Source: Rhodospirillaceae bacterium UBA4468 (GTDB taxonomy: Bacteria; Pseudomonadota; Alphaproteobacteria; Rhodospirillales; Casp-alpha2). From it: DNA of 64,000 nt. The notes under the pieces are model-generated. The model saw only the letters and a program-made list of their open reading frames with translations. It made no database searches and was not told the DNA's origin. The stretch spans positions 1,258 to 65,257 of the forward strand of contig DGOK01000054.1 of the NCBI GenBank assembly GCA_002389385.1, written 5' to 3'. This document shows positions 29,580 to 40,169 of the stretch, one piece after another; the stretch's first letter is position 1, and every line of letters starts with the position of its first letter. Both the position numbers and the translations under genes were made by a program.

Positions 29580-31348
29580 ATATCATCCTCACCAATATCT
29601 GTATCCATATCGATTATGGGATCATCGATAATTGGCTCAGATGGACGTGCGACGTGACGCACTTCCTCGACTTTTGCACCGGGGAAAGTATCCAGCACGG
29701 CCCTGACTAAAGGATGATCACCGGCAGCTGTTCGGGCCTGCTTGGCCGCTTCAGCGCGCAATTCTGATATCGTTGCGCCACCGGCATCACGGGATAACGC
29801 AACAGCCCACGGCATCTCAGAATGATCTTCAAGAAATCCTTTGAGACGCTGCACCATCTCTCGGTCAGCACCGCCGTCAGCACTAAACTCAAGATGGCCT
29901 TGATCGAACCTGACGACACGCACCTGGCTTTCAATAAATGAAACCAGCATCCCTTCACGTAACTCACTCGCAAGTGCTGCAACAGCTGCAAAATCGGCAA
30001 ACACATGAGCCTTTGGTTGTTCGCTTACGGCTGGCGCAGGGTCCATGCGTGGTGCTGGCTCAGCAGATGCAATCACACCGCCCCCTGCATTTGCTTGCGC
30101 ACCACCGCCACCACCTGTGTTCGGCGGTGTCGATGCCGCTGGAGCAGAATTATCAACGCTACCTTGAAGCGCTTTAACTGCATCTCCCGGTGTCGGAAGT
30201 TCAGCGGCATAGGCCAAGCGAACCAGAACCATTTCGGCAGCAGCCAATGGCGAAGGTGCTATTTTGACTTCGCCCAAACCCTTTAAAAGAATTTGCCAGG
30301 CCCGGGTCAAGATCGGCATCCGGAGAGACGACGCAAGTTCTTTGCCTTTTGTACGTTCGTTCTCAGGCACTTCTGGTGCGTCCGCGCATTCCGGCAGAAT
30401 CTTAACCCGAGTGAGCCAATGCACGAGGTCGAGCATGTCTTCAACGACCGACGTTGGATCAGCACCATCTTTATATTGAGCTGAGAGTTCATCCAGGGCG
30501 CTCGCAATTTCGCCCTTCAGCACTGATTCTAAAAGATCAAACGTTCGGGTGCGATCAGCCAGGCCGAGCATATCACGGACCCGTTCTTCACCAATCACCC
30601 CGTCAGAATAGGCAATCGCCTGATCAAGCAAACTTAATCCGTCCCGAACAGAGCCATCAGCTGCGCGTGCAATAATGTGGAGGGCGCCATCAGATATCTC
30701 GGATCCTTCTTTTTTGCAGATTTCTGCAAAATACGTGACCAGCGCCTCGGTTGGGACACGGCGCAAATCGAATCGCTGACACCGCGAAAGAACCGTGATT
30801 GGCACTTTACGAATTTCAGTCGTCGCAAAAATAAAGATGACGTGCTCGGGCGGTTCTTCAAGCGTCTTCAAAAGCGCGTTGAAAGCGCTTTTCGAGAGCA
30901 TATGAACTTCGTCAATGATATAGACTTTGTAGCGCGCCGAGGATGGCCGGTACCGCACACCGTCAATTAATTCACGAATATTATCGACGCCCGTATTACT
31001 CGCAGCGTCCATCTCCAGGACATCCACATGCCGGTCACCAGCAATTGCGACGCAATTATCACAAACACCGCAAGGTTCAGTCGTGGGACCACCCACACTA
31101 TCCGGACCGATACAATTCAATGCCCGCGCAATAATCCGGGCTGTTGATGTCTTACCGACACCGCGAACACCAGTCATGACGAACGCATGATGCAACCGGT
31201 TTACCGCGAACGCATTGGTCAGCGTCTTGACCATCGCTTCCTGGCCAATCAAACCTGAAAACGTCGTTGGCCGGTACTTACGAGCCAGCACCTGGTATTC
31301 GCCAGCGGCAGACGCTTCGGCGGGTTCAGGGGCAGGACTGTGGTTCAT
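29576..31348 (-). CDS. dnaX: DNA polymerase III subunit gamma/tau
   Basis: 590 aa from the ATG at 31348 (MNHSPAPEP…YRPTTFSGLIGQ). Walker A GVRGVGKTS, zinc module CGVCDNC, DEVHML. The longer ORF start at 31486 would run through the SRP RNA gene. Confidence 0.95.
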   Translation of the reverse strand: MNHSPAPEPAEASAAGEYQVLARKYRPTTFSGLIGQEAMVKTLTNAFAVNRLHHAFVMTGVRGVGKTSTARIIARALNCIGPDSVGGPTTEPCGVCDNCVAIAGDRHVDVLEMDAASNTGVDNIRELIDGVRYRPSSARYKVYIIDEVHMLSKSAFNALLKTLEEPPEHVIFIFATTEIRKVPITVLSRCQRFDLRRVPTEALVTYFAEICKKEGSEISDGALHIIARAADGSVRDGLSLLDQAIAYSDGVIGEERVRDMLGLADRTRTFDLLESVLKGEIASALDELSAQYKDGADPTSVVEDMLDLVHWLTRVKILPECADAPEVPENERTKGKELASSLRMPILTRAWQILLKGLGEVKIAPSPLAAAEMVLVRLAYAAELPTPGDAVKALQGSVDNSAPAASTPPNTGGGGGAQANAGGGVIASAEPAPRMDPAPAVSEQPKAHVFADFAAVAALASELREGMLVSFIESQVRVVRFDQGHLEFSADGGADREMVQRLKGFLEDHSEMPWAVALSRDAGGATISELRAEAAKQARTAAGDHPLVRAVLDTFPGAKVEEVRHVARPSEPIIDDPIIDMDTDIGEDDI

Positions 31349-31373
31349 GAAATTCGTCCAGACTGGGATAAAA

Positions 31374-31470
31374 GTGGGAGACCGGACACCGACCCGGGCC
31401 GAAACTCGTTGCGGCTGCTTCCTTCCGGACCTGACCGGGTTCGCGAGAGGCCCGTCCGAGCCGATCTCCC
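31374..31470 (-). ncRNA. ffs: signal recognition particle RNA (small bacterial 4.5S type)
   Basis: The minus strand reads GGGAGAUCGG…CCCGGUCAGGUCCGGAAGGAAGCAGCCGCAACG…CCGGUCUCCCAC. It contains the conserved domain IV motif GGUCAGGUCCGGAAGGAAGCAGCC. The 5' and 3' ends pair, a U-rich tail follows, and the position upstream of dnaX is typical. Confidence 0.8.
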
Positions 31471-31557
31471 GAACGGAATATAACAACCGAACTCGATATC
31501 CGAAAGCCCCGAATCACATAGTATGGTGTGTTGCGCAAACATACCTGTAAATATCCC

Positions 31558-32076
31558 TTAGCTGAGCGCTTTTATCAAATCTTTGCGATCAGGATGTTGG
31601 ACCGCGAGGTCGTCAAATGTGCCCATTTCAAGGTCAGCAAAATCAAAACCTGGCGACACTGTCGTGCCCATTAAAGCGAATCCGACCGCATCCGGCACCG
31701 CGGCATCACGCTTCAACCGCCCACCCATCCACGTGTTGCCGAGTATTGTATACTGCACGTGGTCACCACCAAAGATGTCCTGACCAAACGTGATGATTTC
31801 AGAATTGGTGCTATCTGGATGCAGCAAAAGCATTTCAACAGGGTCACCAAGATAAAAATGAAACGTCTCATCAGACGGAAGACGATGCATACGCGACAAC
31901 GTATCAGTGGTCAGCACATAATAAATTGCAGTGCCGGCAGAGCGTTCACCGTCATATTGATCACCAAGTTCTGGTCCAGGAATGTTGGCCTTTGAGCGCC
32001 ATGTTTCGCGGTACCATCCCCCTTCCCAAGGCAGTGGAGAGAGATCGAGCGCCCGGATCACATCATCAGCATTCAT
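31558..32076 (-). CDS. cupin-fold protein, DUF985-like
   Basis: 172 aa. N-terminal LSPLPWEGGWYRETWRS and HRLPSDETFHFYLGDP are typical of the cupin_5 family. Confidence 0.7.
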   Translation of the reverse strand: MNADDVIRALDLSPLPWEGGWYRETWRSKANIPGPELGDQYDGERSAGTAIYYVLTTDTLSRMHRLPSDETFHFYLGDPVEMLLLHPDSTNSEIITFGQDIFGGDHVQYTILGNTWMGGRLKRDAAVPDAVGFALMGTTVSPGFDFADLEMGTFDDLAVQHPDRKDLIKALS

Positions 32077-32139
32077 GCGGTGATATCCTTATTAAGCAGA
32101 TGTTCGCGTTTGTAATTCAGATACCTATAACAAACGCAT

Positions 32140-32164
32140 AAGCGCCCGCAGAATGCAGGCGCTT
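32140..32164 (-). terminator. possible intrinsic terminator after the 32191..32733 gene
   Basis: AAGCGCC(C)GCA-gaa-TGC(A)GGCGCTT hairpin 27 nt downstream of the stop. The minus-strand tail is UUAUGCGUUUGUUAU. Confidence 0.35.
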
Positions 32165-32190
32165 AGCAGAACCATCAATCAGAAACTTGC

Positions 32191-32733
32191 TTAATTAAGG
32201 CCAGCTGTCTCGCGGCGTTCATCGATGACAATCGCACCTGATGCACCACCGAAAAACACAAATGGCAGAAGCAATGCGTTATCTTCGAATTCAAACGTGC
32301 CATCGGTGATCGCGACAACCCTGATCTCCGCACTTTGGCGCGCAGGAATAGAAACCGCGTTAATGCACGTGTGTTCCGCACGCACACCTTCAACGCCAAC
32401 TGCTATAACAGCATTGCGTTCAAAGAAGTCTTTGGCACGGAATACCCGAAGGCTGTCATCACGATTACGAATGCGAAGCACATAAGGTCGCCCTTGCTGA
32501 AGACGCGTCACCATTGGTGAATACTCACCATCGCGAACACGAATTTCAACTTTAGGGACACGTGCCCAATTTATCTTGGCCTCGGCGCGCTGTGATATTT
32601 GTTTACACTGGGCAACGCCAAAATCACTGACACCCGAAGGCGCAGCGCATGCCGCCAGCACCGTTACAGCAAGTGTAACAGCGCTCCAATTCATTACGTG
32701 TCTAACCAGCACACGACTCAATTTCATATTCAT
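32191..32733 (-). CDS. lipoprotein with cupredoxin-like beta domain
   Basis: Signal peptide plus lipobox (VLAAC). The pattern EIRVRDGEYSPMVTRLQQGRPYVLRIRNRDD resembles cupredoxin-like domains. Start placed at MNMKLS, with the SD GGTGGA. Confidence 0.5.
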   Translation of the reverse strand: MNMKLSRVLVRHVMNWSAVTLAVTVLAACAAPSGVSDFGVAQCKQISQRAEAKINWARVPKVEIRVRDGEYSPMVTRLQQGRPYVLRIRNRDDSLRVFRAKDFFERNAVIAVGVEGVRAEHTCINAVSIPARQSAEIRVVAITDGTFEFEDNALLLPFVFFGGASGAIVIDERRETAGLN

Positions 32734-32962
32734 ACTTTCCACCGTTCTCTCCACCTACCGACTGCAAGGAATGCAACGGCACCCAAGGGTGCGGGAACAT
32801 CAACTGCAACCGTAATGGCCAGGAATGGTTAAAAAACTCTCAATTAAGGCATAAGTCCAGCAACTTTCATAAAAGTATATATGGTTAACACCAAGAAAGA
32901 TAACGAATTATCCTATCCATATTTTTACCTGACGTTGATGCCATTGCTGATTTCGGTCTCTT

Positions 32963-33916
32963 ATGCAAAATTGTGCCATGAGCATAAATTTAACGTACAC
33001 CACGCTTTCCCTTCGCCGAGACAATATGTCCAGACGACCCGCAGAATGGCTTGCCGAGCGCATGGCTGAAGGCGTTGGCGTCGTCCCTGTGCATGGCGCA
33101 CTTAATCTTATAAAAAATGACGGTTCATACAGTGCTCAGATATTTGAAGGCGCTGCAGCACGCAAAATCCTCGCGAACGGACATCAAGAAGTTCTCCTCG
33201 GCACAGATGACCATAAGCCCGTATTCGCTATCGCTGTCGACGATACCTATGCAGATCAAATTGTTTCGATGACCGGGGATACTGCAGAATTCGTTGACCT
33301 TCGCAGCGTTGGATCATTTTTACCGGCGACGGATGCGCATTTACTCGCCCATGCCCGAGGAATGGTTTTCTGGCATTCCAGACACGGGCATTGCGGTGTC
33401 TGCGGCGCGCCGACCGTCTCACGCCATAGCGGACACGAGCGTGTTTGCGTAAATCCAGATTGCGCATCAAGCCACTTCCCGCGTACCGACCCTGCAATCA
33501 TTGTATTGGTTGTTCGTGACGATGTCCCTGGAGGCGCATGCTTGTTGGGTCGCTCGGGACGTTGGACGTTTGGCATGTATTCTACGTTGGCCGGTTTCAT
33601 TGAACCTGGCGAGACAATGGAGCAAGCCGTGACACGTGAAGTCTTTGAAGAATCCGGTATTGAGACAACGGGCGTCGAATATCTTGCTTCCCAGCCGTGG
33701 CCATTTCCATCATCGCTGATGCTCGGTTTTCACGCGAAAGCCACATCCTATGACATCACCATCGATAAAGAAGAGCTTGTTGATTGCCAATGGTTCAGTC
33801 GAGCAGATGTGCTGGGGATGAAAGAATCGCTTGATGCTGTCGGCGACGAAATACGACTTCCGCGAAAAGACTCTATATCGCGCTGGCTCATTCAAAAATG
33901 GCTGGATGCGGATTAA
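32963..33916 (+). CDS. nudC: NAD+ diphosphatase (NADH pyrophosphatase), Nudix family
   Basis: Zinc ribbon CGVCGAPTV…CVNPDC, Nudix box GFIEPGETMEQAVTREVFEESGI, and the NudC signature SQPWPFPSS. Start ambiguous (32963, 32978 or 33026). Confidence 0.8.
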   Translation: MQNCAMSINLTYTTLSLRRDNMSRRPAEWLAERMAEGVGVVPVHGALNLIKNDGSYSAQIFEGAAARKILANGHQEVLLGTDDHKPVFAIAVDDTYADQIVSMTGDTAEFVDLRSVGSFLPATDAHLLAHARGMVFWHSRHGHCGVCGAPTVSRHSGHERVCVNPDCASSHFPRTDPAIIVLVVRDDVPGGACLLGRSGRWTFGMYSTLAGFIEPGETMEQAVTREVFEESGIETTGVEYLASQPWPFPSSLMLGFHAKATSYDITIDKEELVDCQWFSRADVLGMKESLDAVGDEIRLPRKDSISRWLIQKWLDAD

Positions 33917-34764
33917 GTGTACGTCGATTTGCGGGATGCGTTCGCCGGATACACCCCAAGTACCGTCACTTCGTGCGAGAAAAATGCCAGTTCCTCAAGG
34001 GCGAGCTTAAGCCCAATATCGTCAGGATGACCTTCAACTTCGGCGTAAAACTGCGCTACGACAAAGCCTTCGCTCACATAGCTTTCAAGTTTCGTCATAT
34101 TGACGCCGTTCGTCGCAAACCCGCCCATCGCTTTATAAAGCGCTGCAGGAATGTTGCGCACGCGAAACACGAAACTGGTCATCATATCTGGCGTTCCAGC
34201 TGGATATGATTTCCCTTCACGCGCTAAAATAACAAACCGTGTTGTGTTGTGCTCCGCATCCTCAATATCTGACTTCAAGATATTCAGACCATAAACTTCG
34301 GCTGCCAGACGCGTCGAAATAGAGGCTTTGGTCGGATCTGCCCATTTCGCGATATCAGCAGCGGCTGCCGCTGTATCCGCATGAACTACAGCTTTAACAC
34401 CGAGTTCAGCAATCAAGCCACGGCATTGATTGAGGGCATGAACATGGCTGTGCACTTCCGTAATATCTTCGATTTTTGTGCCTGGAAGCGCCAAAAGCTG
34501 ATGATTGATGCGCTCAAATTGCTCGCCAATAATTTGTAAGCCACTATCGGGTAAAAGATGGTGAATATCTGCAACACGGCCTGCGACCGTATTATCAATC
34601 GGAATCATCGCCAACAAAGCCCGACCTGACTGCACAGCATCAAAGGCATCCGCAAACGTATCGCATGGCAGACTTATCATCTCAGGATACACGGTGCGGC
34701 ACGCAATATCAGAATTGGCCCCAACGGCACCTTGGAATGCGATCAATTTGTCCGGTGATGTCAT
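33913..34764 (-). CDS. pheA: prephenate dehydratase
   Basis: 283 aa. FQGAVGANSD at the N-terminus, TRF motif (HNTTRFVILA), and a C-terminal ACT domain. Confidence 0.9.
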   Translation of the reverse strand: MTSPDKLIAFQGAVGANSDIACRTVYPEMISLPCDTFADAFDAVQSGRALLAMIPIDNTVAGRVADIHHLLPDSGLQIIGEQFERINHQLLALPGTKIEDITEVHSHVHALNQCRGLIAELGVKAVVHADTAAAAADIAKWADPTKASISTRLAAEVYGLNILKSDIEDAEHNTTRFVILAREGKSYPAGTPDMMTSFVFRVRNIPAALYKAMGGFATNGVNMTKLESYVSEGFVVAQFYAEVEGHPDDIGLKLALEELAFFSHEVTVLGVYPANASRKSTYT

Positions 34765-34796
34765 GTATCTAAATCCAATTTCGTATTCAGGCTCAA

Positions 34797-35528
34797 TTAC
34801 GGTCTCAGCATCTCGCGTGCCCGCTCCAAGTCGGCGGGAGTATCGACACCAAGCGGAACCGTGTCAACGCGGACAGCCTCTATCCTCATACCGGCTTCAA
34901 GGGCTCGTAATTGCTCAAGTTTCTCGCGTTGCTCCAGCAATCCAGGCGACATTGAGACAAATCGTTCAAGTGCACTGCGGCGATATGCGTAGATCCCGAT
35001 GTGATGCCATAGTGGCCCGTCCCCCGTAGGCGCAGTCGCGCGCGTAAAATAAAGAGCTCGGGCGTGGGCACGTCCATCATCCAAAGCAGCAACACATTTG
35101 ACAACATTTGGGTTGTCGCGCTCATTGTTCTCGGTAATTTCGGATACCAATGTCGCAATATCCACATCCGGATTACTCAAAGGGGTCACAACCGCCGTTA
35201 CAAGGCTGGGGTCCAATGTCGGCAAATCCCCCTGCAAATTCACGATGACATCGTAAGAACCGTTTGGATCCTCTGCACACAATGCTTCCCAGATTCGATC
35301 CGAACCAGATGGATGATCAGGGTCTGTTAAGACTGCCTTGTATCCCGCATTTTTGACGGCACTGATGATTTCTATTTCAGCAGCCGCACAAAGTACCGGC
35401 CCAACATCAGCCTCAGCTGCACGGTCCATGACGTGAACAATCATGGGCTTACCATGAATGTCTGCGAGTGGCTTATCAGGTAGGCGCATTGATGCCATTC
35501 TGGCCGGAACAATAACAATTGGGTTCAT
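34797..35528 (-). CDS. kdsB: 3-deoxy-manno-octulosonate cytidylyltransferase
   Basis: 243 aa from [28 protein letters not shown] motif present. The longer ORF start is rejected. Confidence 0.9.
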   Translation of the reverse strand: MNPIVIVPARMASMRLPDKPLADIHGKPMIVHVMDRAAEADVGPVLCAAAEIEIISAVKNAGYKAVLTDPDHPSGSDRIWEALCAEDPNGSYDVIVNLQGDLPTLDPSLVTAVVTPLSNPDVDIATLVSEITENNERDNPNVVKCVAALDDGRAHARALYFTRATAPTGDGPLWHHIGIYAYRRSALERFVSMSPGLLEQREKLEQLRALEAGMRIEAVRVDTVPLGVDTPADLERAREMLRP

Positions 35529-35669
35529 CGAAAAAATCCCTATATATAGTATTCGGTATACCTGCTTCCGGCGCTTCCTCAAAATCCTTTCATGATTTTT
35601 ACGAGTTCGGTTGAAATCCCGGCGATGAGCAGGTAAAAAAAGACTGCTATTCGGGTAGGAGACACACGC

Positions 35670-36206
35670 ATGCATTTCTCATTTTGGGAAAAATCAGGTT
35701 TCGCTTTGCTCATCGCGGCTTGGGTCGTTTGGGGCAGCAATCAAATAGGCAACACACTCGTTCACGCGGAAGAGCTCGCAGAGAACGCTTATAAGATTGA
35801 AGTTGCTGAAAAAGATGACGGAGATGCTGTTTTGCTGGCTTCTGCGCCTGTTGAAGAAAGCGTCCTGGTGCTTATGGCATCTGCGTCCGTTGAAAAGGGC
35901 GAGAAAGCAGCCAAAAAATGCCTTGGTTGCCATAGCCTCAAAAAAGGTGGTGCCAACAAGGTTGGTCCAAATCTGTGGAATGTTGTTGGTCGCAATCAAG
36001 GTGCCGCAAAAGGTTATGCCTACTCTGACGCTCTTTTGAGTCTTGGCACCACGTGGACTTATGAGAATTTCAACGATTTTCTTAAGAACCCAAAAGAATA
36101 TGCACCAGGTACAAAGATGTCATTTGCGCTTAAGAAAGCTTCTGACCGTGCAAACGTGATCCTGTATCTTCGTGAAAACAGTGATAATCCTCTGCCTCTA
36201 CCATGA
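35670..36206 (+). CDS. membrane-anchored c-type cytochrome
   Basis: N-terminal TM anchor, haem site CLGCHS, and a distal Met in PGTKMSF. Confidence 0.8.
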   Translation: MHFSFWEKSGFALLIAAWVVWGSNQIGNTLVHAEELAENAYKIEVAEKDDGDAVLLASAPVEESVLVLMASASVEKGEKAAKKCLGCHSLKKGGANKVGPNLWNVVGRNQGAAKGYAYSDALLSLGTTWTYENFNDFLKNPKEYAPGTKMSFALKKASDRANVILYLRENSDNPLPLP

Positions 36207-37012
36207 GTAGGGCGGCGGATATCCCCGCCGATATTGATGCGATCTTAGATTTAGCCGGGCGTCTTGCTGATGCAGTACGCCCGATTACCCTTAAGCATTT
36301 CAGAAGTGGTATCGGTCATGTTGCTAAAGGCGACGAGAGCCCTGTAACTGAGGCGGACCGTGCTGCTGAGCAAATCATGCGAGACATGATTGCCGCCGAA
36401 CGCCCTTCCGATGGTATCTTTGGCGAAGAGTTTGGTGTTTCCAATCCTGACGCAGATACGGTGTGGATTCTCGATCCAATCGACGGCACCAAAGCGTTTA
36501 TTACCGGCAAACCAATTTTTGGTACCCTGATCGGCATTATTCGAAACGGACAAGCCATTGCAGGCGTCACCGATGCACCCGCGACAAGTGATCGATGGGT
36601 CGGCGGTGTTGGTCGTGCAACCACGTTCAACGGCGAGACTGTGACCACAAGGCCTGAACGCGCCATCGACGAAGCCTGGATGACATCAACTTCTCCAGAA
36701 ATGTTTGTGAGCGATCATAAAGCACGATTTGAAGCTCTGATGGAAGCTGTGCACTACACGACGTTTGGATCAGAATGCCAAGGATATGGCCAACTCGCAT
36801 GCGGTTGGGTGGATATGGTTTGCGAAGACACATTGGCACCTTACGACTATGCCGCTTTAATCCCTATTATTGAAGGTGCAGGCGGCATCATCACGGATTG
36901 GCTCGGCACGCCGTTAACCTTCGAGGCCGGCGACGATGCAAAGAAACATACCGTACTTGCCTCAAGTGGTCCTGCATTGCATCAAGCTGGAATCGATATC
37001 CTGTCGCGTTAA
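36203..37012 (+). CDS. inositol monophosphatase-family phosphatase (possible histidinol-phosphatase HisN)
   Basis: IMPase motifs FGEE, WILDPIDGTKAF and the C-terminal WDYAA-like YDYAAL. ATGA overlap with the cytochrome gene. Confidence 0.7.
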   Translation: MSRAADIPADIDAILDLAGRLADAVRPITLKHFRSGIGHVAKGDESPVTEADRAAEQIMRDMIAAERPSDGIFGEEFGVSNPDADTVWILDPIDGTKAFITGKPIFGTLIGIIRNGQAIAGVTDAPATSDRWVGGVGRATTFNGETVTTRPERAIDEAWMTSTSPEMFVSDHKARFEALMEAVHYTTFGSECQGYGQLACGWVDMVCEDTLAPYDYAALIPIIEGAGGIITDWLGTPLTFEAGDDAKKHTVLASSGPALHQAGIDILSR

Positions 37013-37172
37013 ACGATCGTCCACTCTACATTATGAACAATCATTAAGTTGCGTATAAATGCCAAGCGATCAATCGTTCACGCGGATTTTATTACTGCGT
37101 GATGCGGTCTTTCTTGTAGAGAACCTCTCAGCAGACCAATATCTTGGCAGTTACATTTGAGTTGGAGGCTCC

Positions 37173-39005
37173 ATGTTTGTGCATCGTCTTGTTATCCTGA
37201 GTATCACCGCCTTTAGTCTTGTGGCGATCCCTGCAGTAAATGCTGATGACCCGGCACCAGCGCACGGTTTGGCAATGCACGGTGATCTGAAATATAGCCC
37301 TGATTTCAAAAATTTTGAATATGTGAACCCAGACGCACCAAAAGGTGGGACCATAAGGCTCAGCGCTATTGGCGGCTTCGATAGCCTGAACCCGTTTATT
37401 GTCAAAGGGAATGCCGCCGGTGGTGCCGCATTCATCTACGACACACTGATGACCTCATCTGCTGATGAAGCATTCAGTGTTTATGGCCAGTTGGCAAAAA
37501 CAGTGCGCACCCCGAAGGATCGGTCTTGGGTTGAATTCACATTACGCGATGAAGCCCGGTGGCATGACGGCAAAGAAATCACAGCGGATGATGTCATCTT
37601 TAGTTATGAGACATTGGTCTCGAAAGGGGCACCATTCTATCGATTTTACTACGGCAGTGTTGAGCGTGCCGTGAAAGTTGGCCCAAAAACCGTTCGATTT
37701 GACTTCAAGCCAGGCAAAAACCGCGAACTTCCATTGATTTTAGGCCAGTTGACGGTGCTCCCAAAGCATTATTGGGCAACACGCGAATTTGATTCAACCA
37801 CGCTGGAGCCCCCACTCGGGAGCGGCCCTTATAAAATCAAACGCGTCGAAGCAAACCGTACAATCGTCTTAGAGCGCGTGCCGGATTATTGGGGTAAAGA
37901 TGTTCCGGTGAATAAAGGCATTAACAACTTCGAGACGCTTGAATTTGAATATTACCGGGACGCACAAGTTGCGATCGAAGCCTTTACTGGGGGTCGGTTT
38001 GATTTTCGCCGCGAAAATTCATCAAAAGCCTGGGCTACATCATACAAAGTACCCGCCGTCGACAAAGGTCATATTAAGCTAGAACGCTTTGACCATAACC
38101 GCCCTGCAGGCATGCAAGGATTTGCGTATAATATCCGTCGTGATTTGTTTAAAGATCCCGCCGTACGCGAAGCTTTGGCTTATGCATTTGACTTCAACTG
38201 GTCTAACAAAAATCTTTTTTACGGGCAGTATGCACATTCTCGGAGTTACTTTGATAACTCCGAGCTTGCAGCGACTGGCTTGCCATCCGACGCTGAACTC
38301 ACCTTGCTAGAGCCACTTCGAAGCTCGATTCCGCCAGAGGTATTTACAAAAGAATATAATCCGCCAGAAACAGACGGCAGCGGAAAAATTCGCGGAAACC
38401 TCCGGACCGCGTCCAAACTGTTGCGTGATGCAGGCTGGGTTATCAAAGATGGCGTTCGCGTGAACGAAAAAACTGGTGTTAAACTTGAGTTTGAAATTCT
38501 TTTATCCAGCCCAATTTTTGAGCGCATTGTACTGCCTTTCTCAAAGAATCTTGAAAAGCTGGGTGTAAAAACACGCACCCGTACAGTTGAATCCGCACAA
38601 TATCGACGACGCCTGGATACATTCGACTATGACGTCGTCGTAGGAAACTGGGGGCAATCCATGTCACCTGGTAACGAACAAAGGGATTCCTGGGGTAGCG
38701 TATCTGTCGATCAACAAGGAAGCCGCAATATCGTCGGCATTAATGACCCAGCGGTCGACACGCTTATTGAAAAACTGATCGCTGCGCCGAACAGAAAAGC
38801 ACTCGTGACTGCTGCCCGCGCATTGGACCGGGTTCTACAATGGAACCATTTCGTTATCCCTCATTTCCATGCAGGGTACGACCGCATTGCTTATTGGGAT
38901 AAATTTGGAAAACCTGACGTGACGCCTGCAAGTGGTACCCAGTTTCTTTCCTGGTGGGTCGACAAAGAAAAGGCGGCCGTTATTAATGATGTTCGTAAAA
39001 AATAA
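37173..39005 (+). CDS. yejA: ABC transporter periplasmic substrate-binding protein, family 5 (YejA-like)
   Basis: 610 aa with a signal peptide. Heads a four-gene oligopeptide/microcin-type ABC operon. Confidence 0.75.
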   Translation: MFVHRLVILSITAFSLVAIPAVNADDPAPAHGLAMHGDLKYSPDFKNFEYVNPDAPKGGTIRLSAIGGFDSLNPFIVKGNAAGGAAFIYDTLMTSSADEAFSVYGQLAKTVRTPKDRSWVEFTLRDEARWHDGKEITADDVIFSYETLVSKGAPFYRFYYGSVERAVKVGPKTVRFDFKPGKNRELPLILGQLTVLPKHYWATREFDSTTLEPPLGSGPYKIKRVEANRTIVLERVPDYWGKDVPVNKGINNFETLEFEYYRDAQVAIEAFTGGRFDFRRENSSKAWATSYKVPAVDKGHIKLERFDHNRPAGMQGFAYNIRRDLFKDPAVREALAYAFDFNWSNKNLFYGQYAHSRSYFDNSELAATGLPSDAELTLLEPLRSSIPPEVFTKEYNPPETDGSGKIRGNLRTASKLLRDAGWVIKDGVRVNEKTGVKLEFEILLSSPIFERIVLPFSKNLEKLGVKTRTRTVESAQYRRRLDTFDYDVVVGNWGQSMSPGNEQRDSWGSVSVDQQGSRNIVGINDPAVDTLIEKLIAAPNRKALVTAARALDRVLQWNHFVIPHFHAGYDRIAYWDKFGKPDVTPASGTQFLSWWVDKEKAAVINDVRKK

Positions 39006-39046
39006 TAATTAGAGACGCACCCATGAGGGATCAGTAAACTCATACC

Positions 39047-40168
39047 ATGTTTGCATATATCGTTCGCCGCCTATTGTTCGTCCCACCGACGCTATTTGTG
39101 ATCATTCTGATCAACTTCGCTGTTGTTCAAGTGCTTCCTGGTGGCCCTGTCGAACAGATGATTTCAGAGATTTCCGGTGAGGCTGTCGATGCAACAGGTC
39201 GTATAAGCGGCAACGTGGGCTCAGAAACCGGCAACACCGACAGTCCTAGAATGGGGACGGGCAACACGTCTGGCGCCTTAGAGAGTAAATACCGTGGCGC
39301 GCAGGGATTGCCACCTGAATTCATCGCTGAATTGGAAAAGCAATTTGGATTAGACAAGCCAGCTCATGAGCGGTTCTGGCTGATGCTTAAGAACTACATC
39401 ACTTTTGATTTTGGTGAGAGTTACTTTAAAGACGCCAGCGTTGTCGATCTGGTTCTAGAGAAAATGCCAGTGTCCATTTCATTAGGGCTTTGGACAACAC
39501 TACTTGTTTACATGATTTCAATCCCACTTGGTGTTGCCAAGGCAGTACGTGACGGGACACGATTCGATGTGTGGACGTCGGGGATCATCATTGTTGGCAA
39601 TGCGATTCCGGCCTTTCTTTTTGCAATCTTGTTGATCGTGCTATTCGCAGGGGGTCGGTATTTTGACTGGTTCCCGCTCAGGGGCTTGTATTCAGAAAAC
39701 TTCGCAGACATGTCCACTTTTGAGCAAATTGGCGATTACTTCTGGCATCTGGCTTTACCCATATTGTCGATGGTCATTGGTGGATTTGCCGGCCTTGCAA
39801 TGCTGACCAAGAACTCGTTCATGGAAGAAATCAACAAACAGTATGTGACGACAGCTCGCTCAAAAGGCCTAACGCAAACGCGCGTGCTTTATGGGCATAT
39901 TTTCCGCAATGCCATGCTGATTGTAATTGCCGGTTTCCCGGGTGCATTTATTGGCATCTTATTTTCAAGCTCATTGATTATTGAAATTGTCTTCTCGCTC
40001 GATGGCCTTGGCTTGTTAGGTTTTGAAGCTGCCCTGAACCGTGACTATCCTGTGATGTTCGCGACGCTTTATTTCTTTGGGTTATTGGGTCTCGTCGTCA
40101 GCATTGTTTCCGATATCATGTATCACATCGTTGACCCTAGAATCGATTTTGAAAGTCGCGGTGTATAA
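39047..40168 (+). CDS. yejB: ABC transporter permease (YejB-like)
   Basis: 373 aa. N-terminal [17 protein letters not shown] and the BPD-type EAA loop TARSKGL. Confidence 0.8.
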   Translation: MFAYIVRRLLFVPPTLFVIILINFAVVQVLPGGPVEQMISEISGEAVDATGRISGNVGSETGNTDSPRMGTGNTSGALESKYRGAQGLPPEFIAELEKQFGLDKPAHERFWLMLKNYITFDFGESYFKDASVVDLVLEKMPVSISLGLWTTLLVYMISIPLGVAKAVRDGTRFDVWTSGIIIVGNAIPAFLFAILLIVLFAGGRYFDWFPLRGLYSENFADMSTFEQIGDYFWHLALPILSMVIGGFAGLAMLTKNSFMEEINKQYVTTARSKGLTQTRVLYGHIFRNAMLIVIAGFPGAFIGILFSSSLIIEIVFSLDGLGLLGFEAALNRDYPVMFATLYFFGLLGLVVSIVSDIMYHIVDPRIDFESRGV

Positions 40169-40169
40169 G

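Noticed and set aside
30700-30720. A6G run in dnaX (coding strand TGC AAA AAA GAA) as a programmed -1 frameshift site for a gamma subunit.
   Set aside because: The run is not in the A AAA AAG register relative to the reading frame. It lies at about codon 215 rather than after domain III, and I see no downstream stem-loop. Alphaproteobacterial dnaX is not known to use this mechanism.
32899-32917. Second Fur-like sequence GATAACGAATTATCCTATC between the lipoprotein gene and nudC.
   Set aside because: It matches the consensus at only about 12 of 19 positions, and the central part is not matched. That is too weak to call without a genome-specific matrix.
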